In this document: in pieces, positions 25,315-35,202 of the stretch | Layout: each line of letters starts with the position of its first letter | Numbering within the stretch: the first letter of the stretch is position 1 | NCBI GenBank assembly: GCA_964569405.1 | Contig: CAZMWA010000108.1 | Location: forward strand, 1 to 56,899 | DNA from: an uncultured Vicinamibacteraceae bacterium | GTDB lineage: Bacteria; Acidobacteriota; Vicinamibacteria; Vicinamibacterales; UBA8438 | Reading direction: 5' to 3' | Length of the DNA: 56,899 bases | Made by a program: the position numbers and the translations under genes | The notes under the pieces: generated by a model | Database searches by the model: none | Told to the model about the DNA's origin: nothing | The model's input: only the letters and a program-made list of their open reading frames with translations

Positions 25315-26973
25315 TCACGCCACCCCGCCGTTGAGCGCGGCGTCCCGGCCGGCGATGCGGCCGAACACCAGGCAGCGCCCCAGGCCGTGCTGCGCGAAGC
25401 CGCCCTGCGACTCGCCGGCGCAGTACAACCCCGGAATGACCTGGCCGCGCGTGTCGATGACCTGCGCGCTCGCGTTCGTGCGCAACCCGGTGAGCGAGTC
25501 GTGCAGGATGGGCGTCGACCAGGCCGCGTAGAAGGGCGGGCGCTGGATCTTGTAGCGCGGCGCCGGCTTGTCGAAGTCCTCGTCCACGCCCGTGTCGACG
25601 AACGTGTTGTAGCGGGCGACGGTCTCCTCCAGCGCCGCCGCCGGCAGCGGCTTGGCCTGATACGGGTTGCGAATCGCCGCCGCCAGCTCGGCGAGCGTGT
25701 CGGCCGCGAAGAAGTAGCCGTCGAGGTCGACGTTGGGCGGCCGCGGGTCCCACTCCTCCCGCTCCACGGCGTCCTGGTCGAAGATGGCCCAGATCGGCCC
25801 GCCCCCGTTCAGCTTGTTCTCGTCACCGCTCCAGGCCATGGCGGCCGCGAAGAAGTCGTAGCGCGAGTCCAGCTCGTTCCAGAAGCGCCGGCCGGTCTGG
25901 TTGACGAGGATCAGGTCGTGCCAGTCGACGACGCTCAGGCCCGACGCGCGCGCGAGGTCGAAGATGCGGGCGTCCGGCTGCCAGATCAGGCTCGAGTAGC
26001 CCCACTGGCACCCGATGTGGCGCGTCTTCGAGATCGCGATGCCCTCCTCGACGGTCTGGTTGGCCGTGCCCCACAGCGACGCCCCGACGGCCATCGCGGC
26101 GAGCTCGCCGTCGCCGCTCTGCCGCGACCACGGCTCGCCCGCCACCTGGTACTCCTCGGTCAGCCGCGGGTCGAACGTGCGCCGCAGCGTCACGTTGCTC
26201 GTGCTGCCGCCGGTGGCGACCAGCACGCCCTTGTGCGCCCGGATGTGCACCGTGCGGCCGTCGTGGGTGGCGGTGATGCCCAGCACGCGCCCGGCTGACG
26301 GGCTCTCGCGGACGATGCTCGTCATCTTGTGGCGCAGCAGCACCTCCACGCCCTTCGCCCGCGCGCTCTTCTCGAGCGCCCGGACGAGGCCGGAGCCGAC
26401 CCGGGTCGGGTGATGCGTCACCCGCTCGCTGGCCACCGGCCACTGGATGGTGCGCTGCTGGCGGCGCACGCGCGACGCCTGGGTCGGACCGGTGAGGTGG
26501 TCCTGGAACTTCACGCCGTTCTCGATCAGGAACTCGAACGTCGGCGCGTTCTCGTCCGCGAACGCGCGCACGAGGTCGCGGTCGCTGTAGCGGCTCTGCA
26601 TGTGGTCGTGGCGTATCCAGTCCACGAAGACCTGGTCGGCGGTGTCCTCGACGCCGTGCTTGCGCTGGTTGCTCGTGCCGCCCCCGAGGTGGACCTGCCC
26701 CCCGGAGCACATGCCGTGGCCGCCGATGTCCACGTTCTCCTCGACCATGATCACGGACGCGCCGTGGTCGAGCGCGGCGACCGCCGCGGCCAGCCCCGCG
26801 GTGCCGGCGCCGATCGTGACGAAGTCCGCCGCCACGTCCCAGAAGTCCTGCGCTTCCGCCGCGTTCGGCGCGCCGAGTCCGGCCAGCGCCGTGGCGCCGA
26901 CACCGGCCGTGGCGCCCCGCTTCAGAAAGGACCGCCGACTGACGCTCGCATCCTGCCGTGTCGACTTGGGCAT
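25315..26973 (-). CDS. FAD-dependent oxidoreductase (FAD_binding_2, KstD/fumarate-reductase flavoprotein-like), TAT-exported
   Basis: TAT motif SRRSFLKRGATAGVGA. Dinucleotide fold FVTIGAGTAGLAAAVAA. C-terminal GLYCAGE. Confidence 0.85.
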   Translation of the reverse strand: MPKSTRQDASVSRRSFLKRGATAGVGATALAGLGAPNAAEAQDFWDVAADFVTIGAGTAGLAAAVAALDHGASVIMVEENVDIGGHGMCSGGQVHLGGGTSNQRKHGVEDTADQVFVDWIRHDHMQSRYSDRDLVRAFADENAPTFEFLIENGVKFQDHLTGPTQASRVRRQQRTIQWPVASERVTHHPTRVGSGLVRALEKSARAKGVEVLLRHKMTSIVRESPSAGRVLGITATHDGRTVHIRAHKGVLVATGGSTSNVTLRRTFDPRLTEEYQVAGEPWSRQSGDGELAAMAVGASLWGTANQTVEEGIAISKTRHIGCQWGYSSLIWQPDARIFDLARASGLSVVDWHDLILVNQTGRRFWNELDSRYDFFAAAMAWSGDENKLNGGGPIWAIFDQDAVEREEWDPRPPNVDLDGYFFAADTLAELAAAIRNPYQAKPLPAAALEETVARYNTFVDTGVDEDFDKPAPRYKIQRPPFYAAWSTPILHDSLTGLRTNASAQVIDTRGQVIPGLYCAGESQGGFAQHGLGRCLVFGRIAGRDAALNGGVA

Positions 26974-27116
26974 GGCCTTCTCCTCCCCCGTACGAACCGC
27001 ACTCTACCGGCACCGCCGGAGTCGCGCAAGACGTTTCGGGCCCCCACGGCGCACGATTCGGAACGCGCGACGGGGCGATGTGACACACTGTCGCGAGGTC
27101 GGCGCGGAGGGAGATC

Positions 27117-28760
27117 ATGACGAAGCCGCGGTCCGTCGATCGGCGGAGGTTCCTGGCCGGGAGCGCCGGCGCCGCGGGCGCCGCGGTCCTCGGCCGGCTG
27201 CCGCTGGAGCTGCTGGCCGGGCAGGCCGCGACCCCGCCCGCGCAGGGCTGGGACGCCGGGCGCGTGCGGCACCTGCTGCCGGCGGTCAGCGACTCGCGCC
27301 TGCTGCTGAAGGCGTCCTTCGCGGCGCCTCTGGCGGCGGCGCCCACACTCCGCGTCGGCGGCGCCGCGGTCACGGGCCGCATGAACGACACGGCCGGCGA
27401 GCACTGGCAGTTCCACGCCACGGGCCTCGAGCCGGCGCGCCGCTACACGCTGTCGCTCGTGGGCGCCGGGGGACGCGCGCTGTGCGAGCCGTGGCCGCTG
27501 TCGACGTTCCCGGCGCCCGACGCCCTGCCGCAGCGGTTCCGCCTGCTCTTCTTCACCTGCGCCGGCGGTCCCGGCGGGACGTACGCGGGCATCGGCGAGC
27601 GCAGCGGCTTTCTGCCGACGGCGGTCCGCAACCGCCTGCTGCGCCGCGCGCTCGCGTTCGCGCCCGACGCGGCGGTCGCCAACGGCGACCACATCTACTG
27701 GGACCTGCACGTCTGGCAGGGCGAGGGCGCGGGCGGGCTGAGCGCCGCCGGGCGCCGCTCGAACTTCGACTTCTCCGCGTCCGTGTTCGCCGCCAGCAAC
27801 GAGGCCGCGCTCAAGGCCGCGGCCGGGCCGCAGATCGTGCCCGTCTACGGCACGGACTTCCGGTCGACGCCGGTGTTCTTCCTGCAGGACGATCACGACC
27901 ACTGGGAGAACGACGCGGTCACCGACGCCATCGCCAACTTCCCGATCCCGTGGTTCCAGCTCCAGCTCGCGCGGGCCACGCAGCAGCTCTACTACCCCGA
28001 GTTCCTGCCCGACGCGCGGCGCCCGGCGGGGTTGCCGTGGTCGGCGGCCGGCGACCGCGGCGACCTGTCCGAGAGCTTCGGCACGCTGCGCTACGGCGCC
28101 CTGGCGGAGGTCCTGCTGTACGACGTGCGGCGGACGGTCAGCCTGGCCGGGCCGAACGCGGTCTTCGTCGACCGCCAGGTGGAGCGCTGGCTCGTCGAGC
28201 GGACGCGCGCCACGGAGGTGCGGCACCTGGTCCACGCGCCGTCCAACCCGTTCGGCTGGAGCGCCGGCAAGTGGGGCGAGTGGTACCCGGACGTGCTCGA
28301 TCGCGACACGGGCGAGCTGACCACCGCCGTCGCGAAGGCCTACTGGCAGTCGGGCTGGCTCCGTCAGCACGACCGGCTGGTGGCGGCGATAGCGTCCCAG
28401 CCCGGGCGGGTGCCGCTGGTGGTGAGCGGCGACCTGCACGCCATCGGCATGGGCCGCATGCACCGCGCCGGCAGCCTGGACCTGGGCGCCCGTCCCGTCA
28501 CGACGGTGCTGAGCGGCCCGATCGGCACGTCCGTGCGGGGCTTCCCCTCGGTGGTGCGCGGCGTCGGCGCGACGCCGCCGGCCCACCTCGATCTGGAGGA
28601 GTCGGTGGCCCCCATCGAGGACCACGGGTTCACCCTGGCCGACTTCCTGCCCGATCGGATCGTGCTGCGCCAGTTCCGCTGGGACGTCGACCGCCAGCCG
28701 CTCGACGCCATCGACACACTCGAGCCGTTCCACACGGCGGAGCTGCCCGTGCCGGGCTAG
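27117..28760 (+). CDS. PhoD-like metallophosphatase, TAT-exported
   Basis: TAT motif DRRRFLAGSAGAAG. Metallophosphoesterase-type motifs NGDHIYWD, QDDHDHWEND, VVSGDLHA. Confidence 0.6.
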   Translation: MTKPRSVDRRRFLAGSAGAAGAAVLGRLPLELLAGQAATPPAQGWDAGRVRHLLPAVSDSRLLLKASFAAPLAAAPTLRVGGAAVTGRMNDTAGEHWQFHATGLEPARRYTLSLVGAGGRALCEPWPLSTFPAPDALPQRFRLLFFTCAGGPGGTYAGIGERSGFLPTAVRNRLLRRALAFAPDAAVANGDHIYWDLHVWQGEGAGGLSAAGRRSNFDFSASVFAASNEAALKAAAGPQIVPVYGTDFRSTPVFFLQDDHDHWENDAVTDAIANFPIPWFQLQLARATQQLYYPEFLPDARRPAGLPWSAAGDRGDLSESFGTLRYGALAEVLLYDVRRTVSLAGPNAVFVDRQVERWLVERTRATEVRHLVHAPSNPFGWSAGKWGEWYPDVLDRDTGELTTAVAKAYWQSGWLRQHDRLVAAIASQPGRVPLVVSGDLHAIGMGRMHRAGSLDLGARPVTTVLSGPIGTSVRGFPSVVRGVGATPPAHLDLEESVAPIEDHGFTLADFLPDRIVLRQFRWDVDRQPLDAIDTLEPFHTAELPVPG

Positions 28761-28786
28761 CTAGCGCCGCTCGACGGCGCAGACTC

Positions 28787-29527
28787 CTACAGGCGCCTGG
28801 CCCGCAGGATGAGCGCCTCGCCGAACAGGACCTCGCGGCTGAACATCTGCTTCGCGATCTCGCGGTTGCGCCGGCGCTGGGCCGGGTCCTTCTCCTCCCG
28901 GTGGAAGACCCACCTCGTCAGCATCCACGCCGCGGGCGCCAGGGGCGCATAGACCCAACTGATTGCCTTGATCCGGTTCGTCGTCACGTCCGTGATGCGG
29001 AACCCCGAGCGGTGGAGCAGGTAGCGCAACTGGGGGAACGAGAGCAGCGCCACGTGCTGCCAGGGCGTGGGACGGGTCTCGTCGAGAGGCACCTTGCCCT
29101 TGTTGTGGAAGCCGGTCAGCAGGTAGCGCCAGCGGGAGCGCAGCGCCGAGATGTTCGGCGTCGAGAGGATGAGGTAGCCGCCCGGGCGCAGCACCCGGCG
29201 GCACTCGCGGACGAAATCGAACTGCCGTTCGATGTGCTCGATGCCGTCGATGTTCACGACGGCGTCGAACGCGCCGTCGTCCCACGGCAGCCGCTCGACC
29301 ATGTCGGCCCGGGCGGACGTGCTGCCCGCGACTGGCGGGACGGCCTGCACGTCGGCGGCCGTGACGTCGTAGTCGCCGACCAGCCGCCGGGTGAAGGCGC
29401 CCTCGCCGGCCGGCATGTCGAGCACCTTCCGCACGCCGTCGCAGCGCCGCAGGAGCCGCTCCGCGACGGCGTGCGTGTTCTTCGATGCGTGCTCGCGGCA
29501 GGCGCCGGCATCCGGCGGCGCCGTCAC
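28787..29527 (-). CDS. Class I SAM-dependent methyltransferase
   Basis: Motif I VLDMPAGEGAF, post-I D at GDYDVTAADV, FDAVVNIDGIEHI, LRPGGYLILSTP. Confidence 0.8.
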   Translation of the reverse strand: MTAPPDAGACREHASKNTHAVAERLLRRCDGVRKVLDMPAGEGAFTRRLVGDYDVTAADVQAVPPVAGSTSARADMVERLPWDDGAFDAVVNIDGIEHIERQFDFVRECRRVLRPGGYLILSTPNISALRSRWRYLLTGFHNKGKVPLDETRPTPWQHVALLSFPQLRYLLHRSGFRITDVTTNRIKAISWVYAPLAPAAWMLTRWVFHREEKDPAQRRRNREIAKQMFSREVLFGEALILRARRL

Positions 29528-29576
29528 CGCCGCCGGGCCCCCGCGGCCTCCCGCCGGCGGGCCGCCGCTCCCGGCC

Positions 29577-30164
29577 TCAGCGGTTGCGCGGGCGGTCGTC
29601 CGGGTCGCACAGCTCGCCGAGCCTCCCGGAGCCGCCGCAGTAGCTGACGTCCTGAATCTGCACCCGCAGCCCGTCCGGATCGGCGAACGTCAGCTCCTCG
29701 GCCGGCGGGTCGGTATCCGCGCGCATCCGGATCCGCGCCTCGACGCCGTGGGCGGCCAGCCGCTGCTGGACGTCCGCGGCGTCGAATCCCTCCATGCCGA
29801 AGCAGTAGTGGTTGATGTGCGGGCGGTCGCCGCGCGACAGCGCGACGAACTGCGGGCCGCCCCCGATGCCGAGCACCGGGACCGTCGGTGCGTCCCAGTC
29901 GCGCTCCGTGCCCTGGGTGGTGACCAGCGGCAGGCCGAGCACCCGCTGGTAGAAGTCGGCCGACCGCTGCACGTCCGCCACGGTGAGCGTGACGTGGTTC
30001 AGCGTCGTGACCGGAATGGGCGCCGCGGCCGGCTGCGCGGCGGGCGCCGCGCCGCCGGCCGCGGGCCGCGCCATCATCAAGGCGGAGAGCGCCACCACCA
30101 GCTCCCGCCGCGTCATCTGCCCGCCCTCGTAGCAGCGCACCAACCGATCGACCATCTCGCTCAT
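29577..30164 (-). CDS. VOC/glyoxalase-family protein, possibly exported
   Basis: LNHVTLTVADVQRSADFYQRVLGL and INHYCFG. Alternative start ATG 30116 gives the TAT-like MTRRELVVALSAL. Confidence 0.75.
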   Translation of the reverse strand: MSEMVDRLVRCYEGGQMTRRELVVALSALMMARPAAGGAAPAAQPAAAPIPVTTLNHVTLTVADVQRSADFYQRVLGLPLVTTQGTERDWDAPTVPVLGIGGGPQFVALSRGDRPHINHYCFGMEGFDAADVQQRLAAHGVEARIRMRADTDPPAEELTFADPDGLRVQIQDVSYCGGSGRLGELCDPDDRPRNR

Positions 30165-30213
30165 GACTTACCTCCTGGTGGAAATCCCGCGTCGCGGCGA
30201 CGCCCGGCGGGCG

Positions 30214-31053
30214 TCAGCACGCGCGGACGTCCACGTCGACCTCCAGCCCCGCGGCTGCGTCGCCGCGGAAGCTCCCGGTCACGGGCGCGGCGTCGGGCGG
30301 CCGGGCGGCCGCGGCCACCGCCACGTGCCGATCGGCCACCGCCAACCCCAGGCTCGGATCGTAGCCGCGCCAACCGCCGCCGCTCAGGTACACCTCGCCC
30401 CACGCGTGGAGCTCGTCGCCCGCGCCCCCGGCGCGGGCGGCGTAGCCGCTGGCGAATCGCGCCGCGAGCCCCACGGCGCGGCAGCCCGCGACGAACAGCA
30501 CGGCGAGGTCGCGGCAGGCGCCGCGCCCCGTCGCCAGCGTCGTCTCGGGCGGCTGCGGCGGTCCCTCCGGCCGCGGCTGCACGGAGAGCTCGCGGTGCAG
30601 GCGGCGGGCCAGCTCGAGCGGGAAGCGCATCTGGTCGCGCCCGGCCTCCCGCACGGCCGCGAGCGCCAGCGCGCGCACCTCGGGGTGCGCGGCGTCGGGA
30701 GCCGACCGGTACGGCTGCAGCCCGGCCGCACGATCCGGCGCGCAGGTGTACGGCAGCGACCGCTCCGACTCGGCCGGCAGGAAGCGGAACGGGTCCGCGC
30801 GCAGCGTCTCGACCCGGGCGCGCGTACGCAATCGCAGCGCCGTCGTCAGCCCCTCGAACCACGCGTGGGTGACCACGTTGCCGTCGAGGTCCAGATTGTC
30901 GGCGCGCACCGCCGGCGGCGGCTCGATCTCCAGCGCGAAGTCGAGCAGGCGCACCGCCCCGTCCGACCGGGGCCGCAGCCGCACCAAGTGCGGTTCGAGG
31001 AAGACAGGCGCCGCGAACGTGTACGTCGTGCGGTGCCGGATGGTGATCGTCAC
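30214..31053 (-). CDS. Transglutaminase-family protein (Bact_transglu_N + transglutaminase core) of the Anbu operon
   Basis: GTG 31053 overlaps the upstream TGA (GTGA). Catalytic-type motifs GACRDLAVLF, HAWGEVY, GYDPS. Confidence 0.8.
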   Translation of the reverse strand: MTITIRHRTTYTFAAPVFLEPHLVRLRPRSDGAVRLLDFALEIEPPPAVRADNLDLDGNVVTHAWFEGLTTALRLRTRARVETLRADPFRFLPAESERSLPYTCAPDRAAGLQPYRSAPDAAHPEVRALALAAVREAGRDQMRFPLELARRLHRELSVQPRPEGPPQPPETTLATGRGACRDLAVLFVAGCRAVGLAARFASGYAARAGGAGDELHAWGEVYLSGGGWRGYDPSLGLAVADRHVAVAAAARPPDAAPVTGSFRGDAAAGLEVDVDVRAC

Positions 31054-31814
31054 GGGGATGCCGGCACCGGGGGGTCCGGCGACGACGCCGCGTCCAGCTC
31101 GTCGTAGGCGCGATCGAACCACTCCCCCGGCGTCTCCTCGATCGCCCGCCGGACGCGCGCATCCCACCACTGCGAGAGCCGCTCGAAGTCCTGCTTCTCG
31201 AAGCGGCGCTCGACGATGCGGAACGAGTTGCGCCGGTACAGCACCACGTCGATGGGAAAGTCGACGTCGGCCGCGCTGATGCGCGTCGAGTCGAACGACA
31301 GGCACGCGACCTTGAAGGCGTGGCGCAGCGAGTCCTCGGCCGTGAGCGCCCGGTCGAGGATCGGCTTGCCGTAGCCTGTCGATCCGATCACGTGATACGG
31401 CGTCAGGCTCTCCGTGTCCACCCAGTTGCCCTCCGGGTAGAGCAGATAGAGCTTGGCCGCGGCGTCGCGCTCCATCTGCCCGCCGACGAGCGTGTGGATG
31501 TTGAACGACATGCCGCTCTCGACCAGGGCCCGGCGATCCTCCCGGGCCACCCGGCGCACCTGCTCCGCGAGCAGGTTGACCGCCTGGTACAGGCGCTCGA
31601 ACGGCTGGTCGCGCTCGCCGAGCGCCTCCTCGAGATAGGTGAGCGTCTTGTCCCGCAGCGAGCGCAGGCCGGACGTCATGACGAAGAACGTCCCGTGCGG
31701 CGGCGAGTAGACGCTGACCTTCTGCAGGGTCGCCTTCTCGAGACCGGACATGATGAGGGTGTCGGACAGCCCGACGATACCCTCTTCCACGTTCATCGCG
31801 ACGCAGTAGGTCAT
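31050..31814 (-). CDS. Anbu (ancestral beta-subunit) proteasome-type peptidase
   Basis: Begins MTYCVAM (Thr directly after Met, Ntn-hydrolase style). Proteasome beta-like fold pattern. Located in the canonical ATP-grasp/alpha-E/transglutaminase neighbourhood. Confidence 0.8.
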   Translation of the reverse strand: MTYCVAMNVEEGIVGLSDTLIMSGLEKATLQKVSVYSPPHGTFFVMTSGLRSLRDKTLTYLEEALGERDQPFERLYQAVNLLAEQVRRVAREDRRALVESGMSFNIHTLVGGQMERDAAAKLYLLYPEGNWVDTESLTPYHVIGSTGYGKPILDRALTAEDSLRHAFKVACLSFDSTRISAADVDFPIDVVLYRRNSFRIVERRFEKQDFERLSQWWDARVRRAIEETPGEWFDRAYDELDAASSPDPPVPASP

Positions 31815-32782
31815 GGCGTGCGCGCGGCGGCTGGCGCGCTGGACGGCGCGAAGAAGGTGCGCGTTATCTCGTTGCCGACGTGGTTGAGCTTCTCCTGGAG
31901 CGTGTCGACGAAATCGTGCAGCCCGGTGCTCACCACGTCGCCGATATCAGTATAGTCGAGGTCCGCGACGAGCCGGCCCAGCTCCCGCTCCGCCGCGTTG
32001 GCGAACCGCCGCGCCGGCGTGCCGGTCACGGCGTGGAGCGATGCCTGCGCGCGGCCGGCGCAGTGCTGCACCGAGCGCGGGAACTCGCGGTTGAGGAGCA
32101 GGAAGCTCGCCACGGTCAGGGCGGCGACGCGCCCGTGCATGCGCCGGTACGCCTCGAGGCCGCTGGCCGACCGGAGCAAGGCGCCCCACTGCAGGTCGTC
32201 GATCGGCTTGCCCACGTCGGCCGCCGACGGCAGCAGCAGGAAGTACTTCAGGTCGAGGATGCGCGTCGTCTGGTCGGCCCGCTCGATGTGCCGGCCCATC
32301 TGACTGAAGTGCCAGGCCTCGCCGTGCTCCATGGTCTCGTTCTTCGTGCCCTCGATCATGTGCGACGAGCGGCGCACCTCGCGGAAGAACGCGTGCGCGT
32401 CCCACAGCGCCCGCTCGCGGGCGCCCGGCTGCCGCAGGAAGAGATAGAAGCGGTTGATCTCCTCCCACATCTCCGACGAGAGGATCTCGCGCACCGAGCG
32501 CGCGTTCTCGCGGGCCGTGGTCACGCACGAGACGATCGAGTTCGGGTTGAGGGCGTCGAACGTGAGGAAGTCGATGACGTTGGCCCGCGCCGGGCCCCCG
32601 TAGCGCGCGCGGAAGTCCGCCTCGTCGCCCGTCACCTTCACCATCGGATCCCACTGCTCGGCATCCTGTCCGGGCAGGTCGAGAACGAGCTGATTGTTCA
32701 CGCCGACGACGCGCGCCACGTTCTCGGCCCGCTCGATGTAGCGGCTCAGCCAGTAGATGGAGGCGGCGACGCGGCTCAGCAT
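31811..32782 (-). CDS. Alpha-E domain protein (COG2307/DUF403)
   Basis: MLSRVAASIYWLSRYIERAENVARV is the typical alpha-E opening. ATG 32782 overlaps the upstream stop (ATGCTGA). Its TGA overlaps the Anbu ATG (ATGA). Confidence 0.8.
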   Translation of the reverse strand: MLSRVAASIYWLSRYIERAENVARVVGVNNQLVLDLPGQDAEQWDPMVKVTGDEADFRARYGGPARANVIDFLTFDALNPNSIVSCVTTARENARSVREILSSEMWEEINRFYLFLRQPGARERALWDAHAFFREVRRSSHMIEGTKNETMEHGEAWHFSQMGRHIERADQTTRILDLKYFLLLPSAADVGKPIDDLQWGALLRSASGLEAYRRMHGRVAALTVASFLLLNREFPRSVQHCAGRAQASLHAVTGTPARRFANAAERELGRLVADLDYTDIGDVVSTGLHDFVDTLQEKLNHVGNEITRTFFAPSSAPAAARTP

Positions 32783-34209
32783 GCCAGCACCCAGGTGTCC
32801 TTGCTCCCGCCCCCCTGCGAGGAGTTGACCACGAGCGACCCCTTGCGCAGCGCCACCCGCGTCAGGCCGCCGGGCACCACGTAGATCTCCCGCCCGTACA
32901 GGATGTACGGGCGCAGGTCGACGTGCCGGCCTTCGAACCGCCCGGCGATGCGGGTCGGCACGCGCGACAGGGCCAGCGTGGGCTGGGCGATGTAGTTGCG
33001 CGGCGCCGCCTCGATGCGCGCGGCGAACTCGCGCTGCTCGCCCGGGGTGGACGCGGGGCCGACCAGCATCCCGTACCCGCCCGCCTCGTTGGCGGCCTTG
33101 ACCACCAGCTTCGGCAGGTGGTCGAGGACGTAGCGCCGGTCGTCGTCCCGCCAGCAGAGCCAGGTCGGCACGTTGGGCAGGATCGCCTCCTGATCGAGGT
33201 AGTAGCGGATCATGTCCGGGACGTAGGCGTAGACGACCTTGTCGTCGGCCACCCCGGTGCCGGGCGCGTTGACGAGCGTGACGCGCCCGCGCTGATACAG
33301 CGCCATCAGGCCCGGCACGCCGAGCAGCGAGTCCGGCCGGAAGCAGGTCGGGTCCAGGAAGTCGTCGTCGATGCGCCGGTAGAGGACGTCCACCGGCTCG
33401 AAGCCGCGGGTCGTGCGCATCTGCAGCCGGTCGTCCACCACGGCCAGATCGCGCCCCTCGACCAGCTCGATCCCCATCTGCTGCGCCAGGAACGAGTGCT
33501 CGAAGTAGGCCGCGTTGTAGACGCCGGGCGTGAGCACGGCGACGCTCGGCCGGCTCTGCGAGGGCGGCGCCACGTCCTCGAGCATCTGCAGCAGGCGGCT
33601 CGGGTAGTCGTTGACCGGCCGCACGCCCAGCCCCTCGAAGACGGCCGGGAACGTCTCCTGCATCACGGCCCGGTTCTCGAGCAGATACGACACGCCCGAC
33701 GGGCAGCGCAGGTTGTCCTCGAGCACGTAGATCGTCCCGTCCCGGTCGCGCACGAGGTCGGTGCCCGTGATGTGGCACCACACCCCGCCGGGCGGATCCA
33801 GGCCGGCGCACTGCGGTCGGAAGCCCTGCGACGACTCGACGACGGCCGCGGGAATCACGGCGTCGCGCACGATCTTCCGCTCGTGGTAGACGTCGTCGAT
33901 GAACAGGTTCAGCGCCTCGATGCGCTGCTTCAGGCCGCGCTCGATCGGCTCCCAGGCTTCGCCGGGCACGATCCGCGGCACGACGTCGAAGGGGAGGATG
34001 CGCTCGGTACCCTGCTCGTCGCCGTAGACGGTGAAGGTGATCCCGGTGTTGAGCAGCGCCCGCTCCGCCGCCTGGTGGCGCCGGATCAGCTCGCCCGCGG
34101 GCAGCGACTCGATGCGCTCGACGAGCAGGCGCGCCTCGGGCCGCGGCGAGCCGTCCGCCTGGAACATCTCGTCGTGGAAGCCTTCGGTGTCATAGCCGTC
34201 GAACGTCAT
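32776..34209 (-). CDS. Circularly permuted type-2 ATP-grasp protein (COG2308)
   Basis: 477 aa. Pattern ITFTVYGDEQGTERILPFDVVPRI, CHITGTDLVRD, LVVKAANEAGGYGM. Confidence 0.85.
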   Translation of the reverse strand: MTFDGYDTEGFHDEMFQADGSPRPEARLLVERIESLPAGELIRRHQAAERALLNTGITFTVYGDEQGTERILPFDVVPRIVPGEAWEPIERGLKQRIEALNLFIDDVYHERKIVRDAVIPAAVVESSQGFRPQCAGLDPPGGVWCHITGTDLVRDRDGTIYVLEDNLRCPSGVSYLLENRAVMQETFPAVFEGLGVRPVNDYPSRLLQMLEDVAPPSQSRPSVAVLTPGVYNAAYFEHSFLAQQMGIELVEGRDLAVVDDRLQMRTTRGFEPVDVLYRRIDDDFLDPTCFRPDSLLGVPGLMALYQRGRVTLVNAPGTGVADDKVVYAYVPDMIRYYLDQEAILPNVPTWLCWRDDDRRYVLDHLPKLVVKAANEAGGYGMLVGPASTPGEQREFAARIEAAPRNYIAQPTLALSRVPTRIAGRFEGRHVDLRPYILYGREIYVVPGGLTRVALRKGSLVVNSSQGGGSKDTWVLAC

Positions 34210-34269
34210 GAATTCTGCATCGATCCTGCGCGGCGCCGCAGCGGGTCGCCGCCGCGGCGCCCGCCCGCC

Positions 34270-35202
34270 TCACCGCGTGCGTTCCAGGAATCTGAGCAGC
34301 TCGCTGTCCGTTCCCAGAATGAAATACGTCTCGGGATCCATCGTCTGCTCGTACGTCTCCAGTGACTTCGTGAACGCGTAGAAGTCCGCATCCCGGTTGT
34401 ACGCCTCGGCGTAGATGTTCGTCGCCTCCGCGTCGGCCTCTCCGCGCAGCTCCTCGGCCTGGCGGTACGCCTCCGACTGGATCTGCGCCAGCTCGCGTTC
34501 CCGCTCGCCATGAATCCGCGCCGACTCGCCCTGCCCCTCGGACCGGAACTGCTCGGCGATGCGCTGCCGCTCGGCGATCATCCGCGCGAAGACGTCCTTC
34601 TGGACCTCCTCGACGTAGTTGATCCGCTTCAGCCGCAGGTCGAGCAGCTCGATGCCCAGATCGGCCGTCCGCTCCGCGGCCGTGGCCAGGATGTCCCGCG
34701 TGATCTCGCGCCGCCCGCGCTCGATGGCCTCGAGGATGACCGCCTCCTCCTCGGACTCGATCGGCACGTCGTCGGGGTCGCGGTTGGAGCTCCGTACCAG
34801 CTCGATCAGGTCGTGGCGGGCCACGGCGTTCCGCGTCTCGCCGTCGAGGATGTCGTCGAGCCGCGACTGCGCCCCGCGCTCGTCGCGCAGCCGCTGGAAG
34901 AACAGCAGCGGATCCGTGATGCGCCAGCGCGCGTAGGTGTCGACCCAGATGAAGCGCTTGTCGCGCGTCGGCACCTGGTTGGGGCTGCCGTCCCACTCGA
35001 GGAACCGCTTCTCGAAGTAGTTGGGCCGCTGGATGAACGGCAGCTTGAAGTGCAGCCCGGGCGCGACCACGGGGTCGCCGACCGGCTCGCCGAACTGCGT
35101 GATGATGACCTGCTCGGTCTCGTTGACGGTGTAGAGCGACTGGGCCAGGACGAGCAGCAGGGCGGCGACGACGGCGATCCGCGTCGGGGTCAGGCGCATC
35201 AT
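34270..35202 (-). CDS. hflC: FtsH protease modulator HflC (SPFH/band-7)
   Basis: MMRLTPTRIAVVAALLLVL TM anchor, then an SPFH domain (YTVNETEQVIITQFGEP...). ATG overlaps the hflK stop. Confidence 0.85.
   Translation of the reverse strand: MMRLTPTRIAVVAALLLVLAQSLYTVNETEQVIITQFGEPVGDPVVAPGLHFKLPFIQRPNYFEKRFLEWDGSPNQVPTRDKRFIWVDTYARWRITDPLLFFQRLRDERGAQSRLDDILDGETRNAVARHDLIELVRSSNRDPDDVPIESEEEAVILEAIERGRREITRDILATAAERTADLGIELLDLRLKRINYVEEVQKDVFARMIAERQRIAEQFRSEGQGESARIHGERERELAQIQSEAYRQAEELRGEADAEATNIYAEAYNRDADFYAFTKSLETYEQTMDPETYFILGTDSELLRFLERTR

Noticed and set aside
24370-29647. Long plus-strand ORFs 24370..26298 and 26600..29647
   Set aside because: Shadow frames over the FAD oxidoreductase, PhoD-like and methyltransferase genes. 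Arginine/proline-rich with no recognisable domain.
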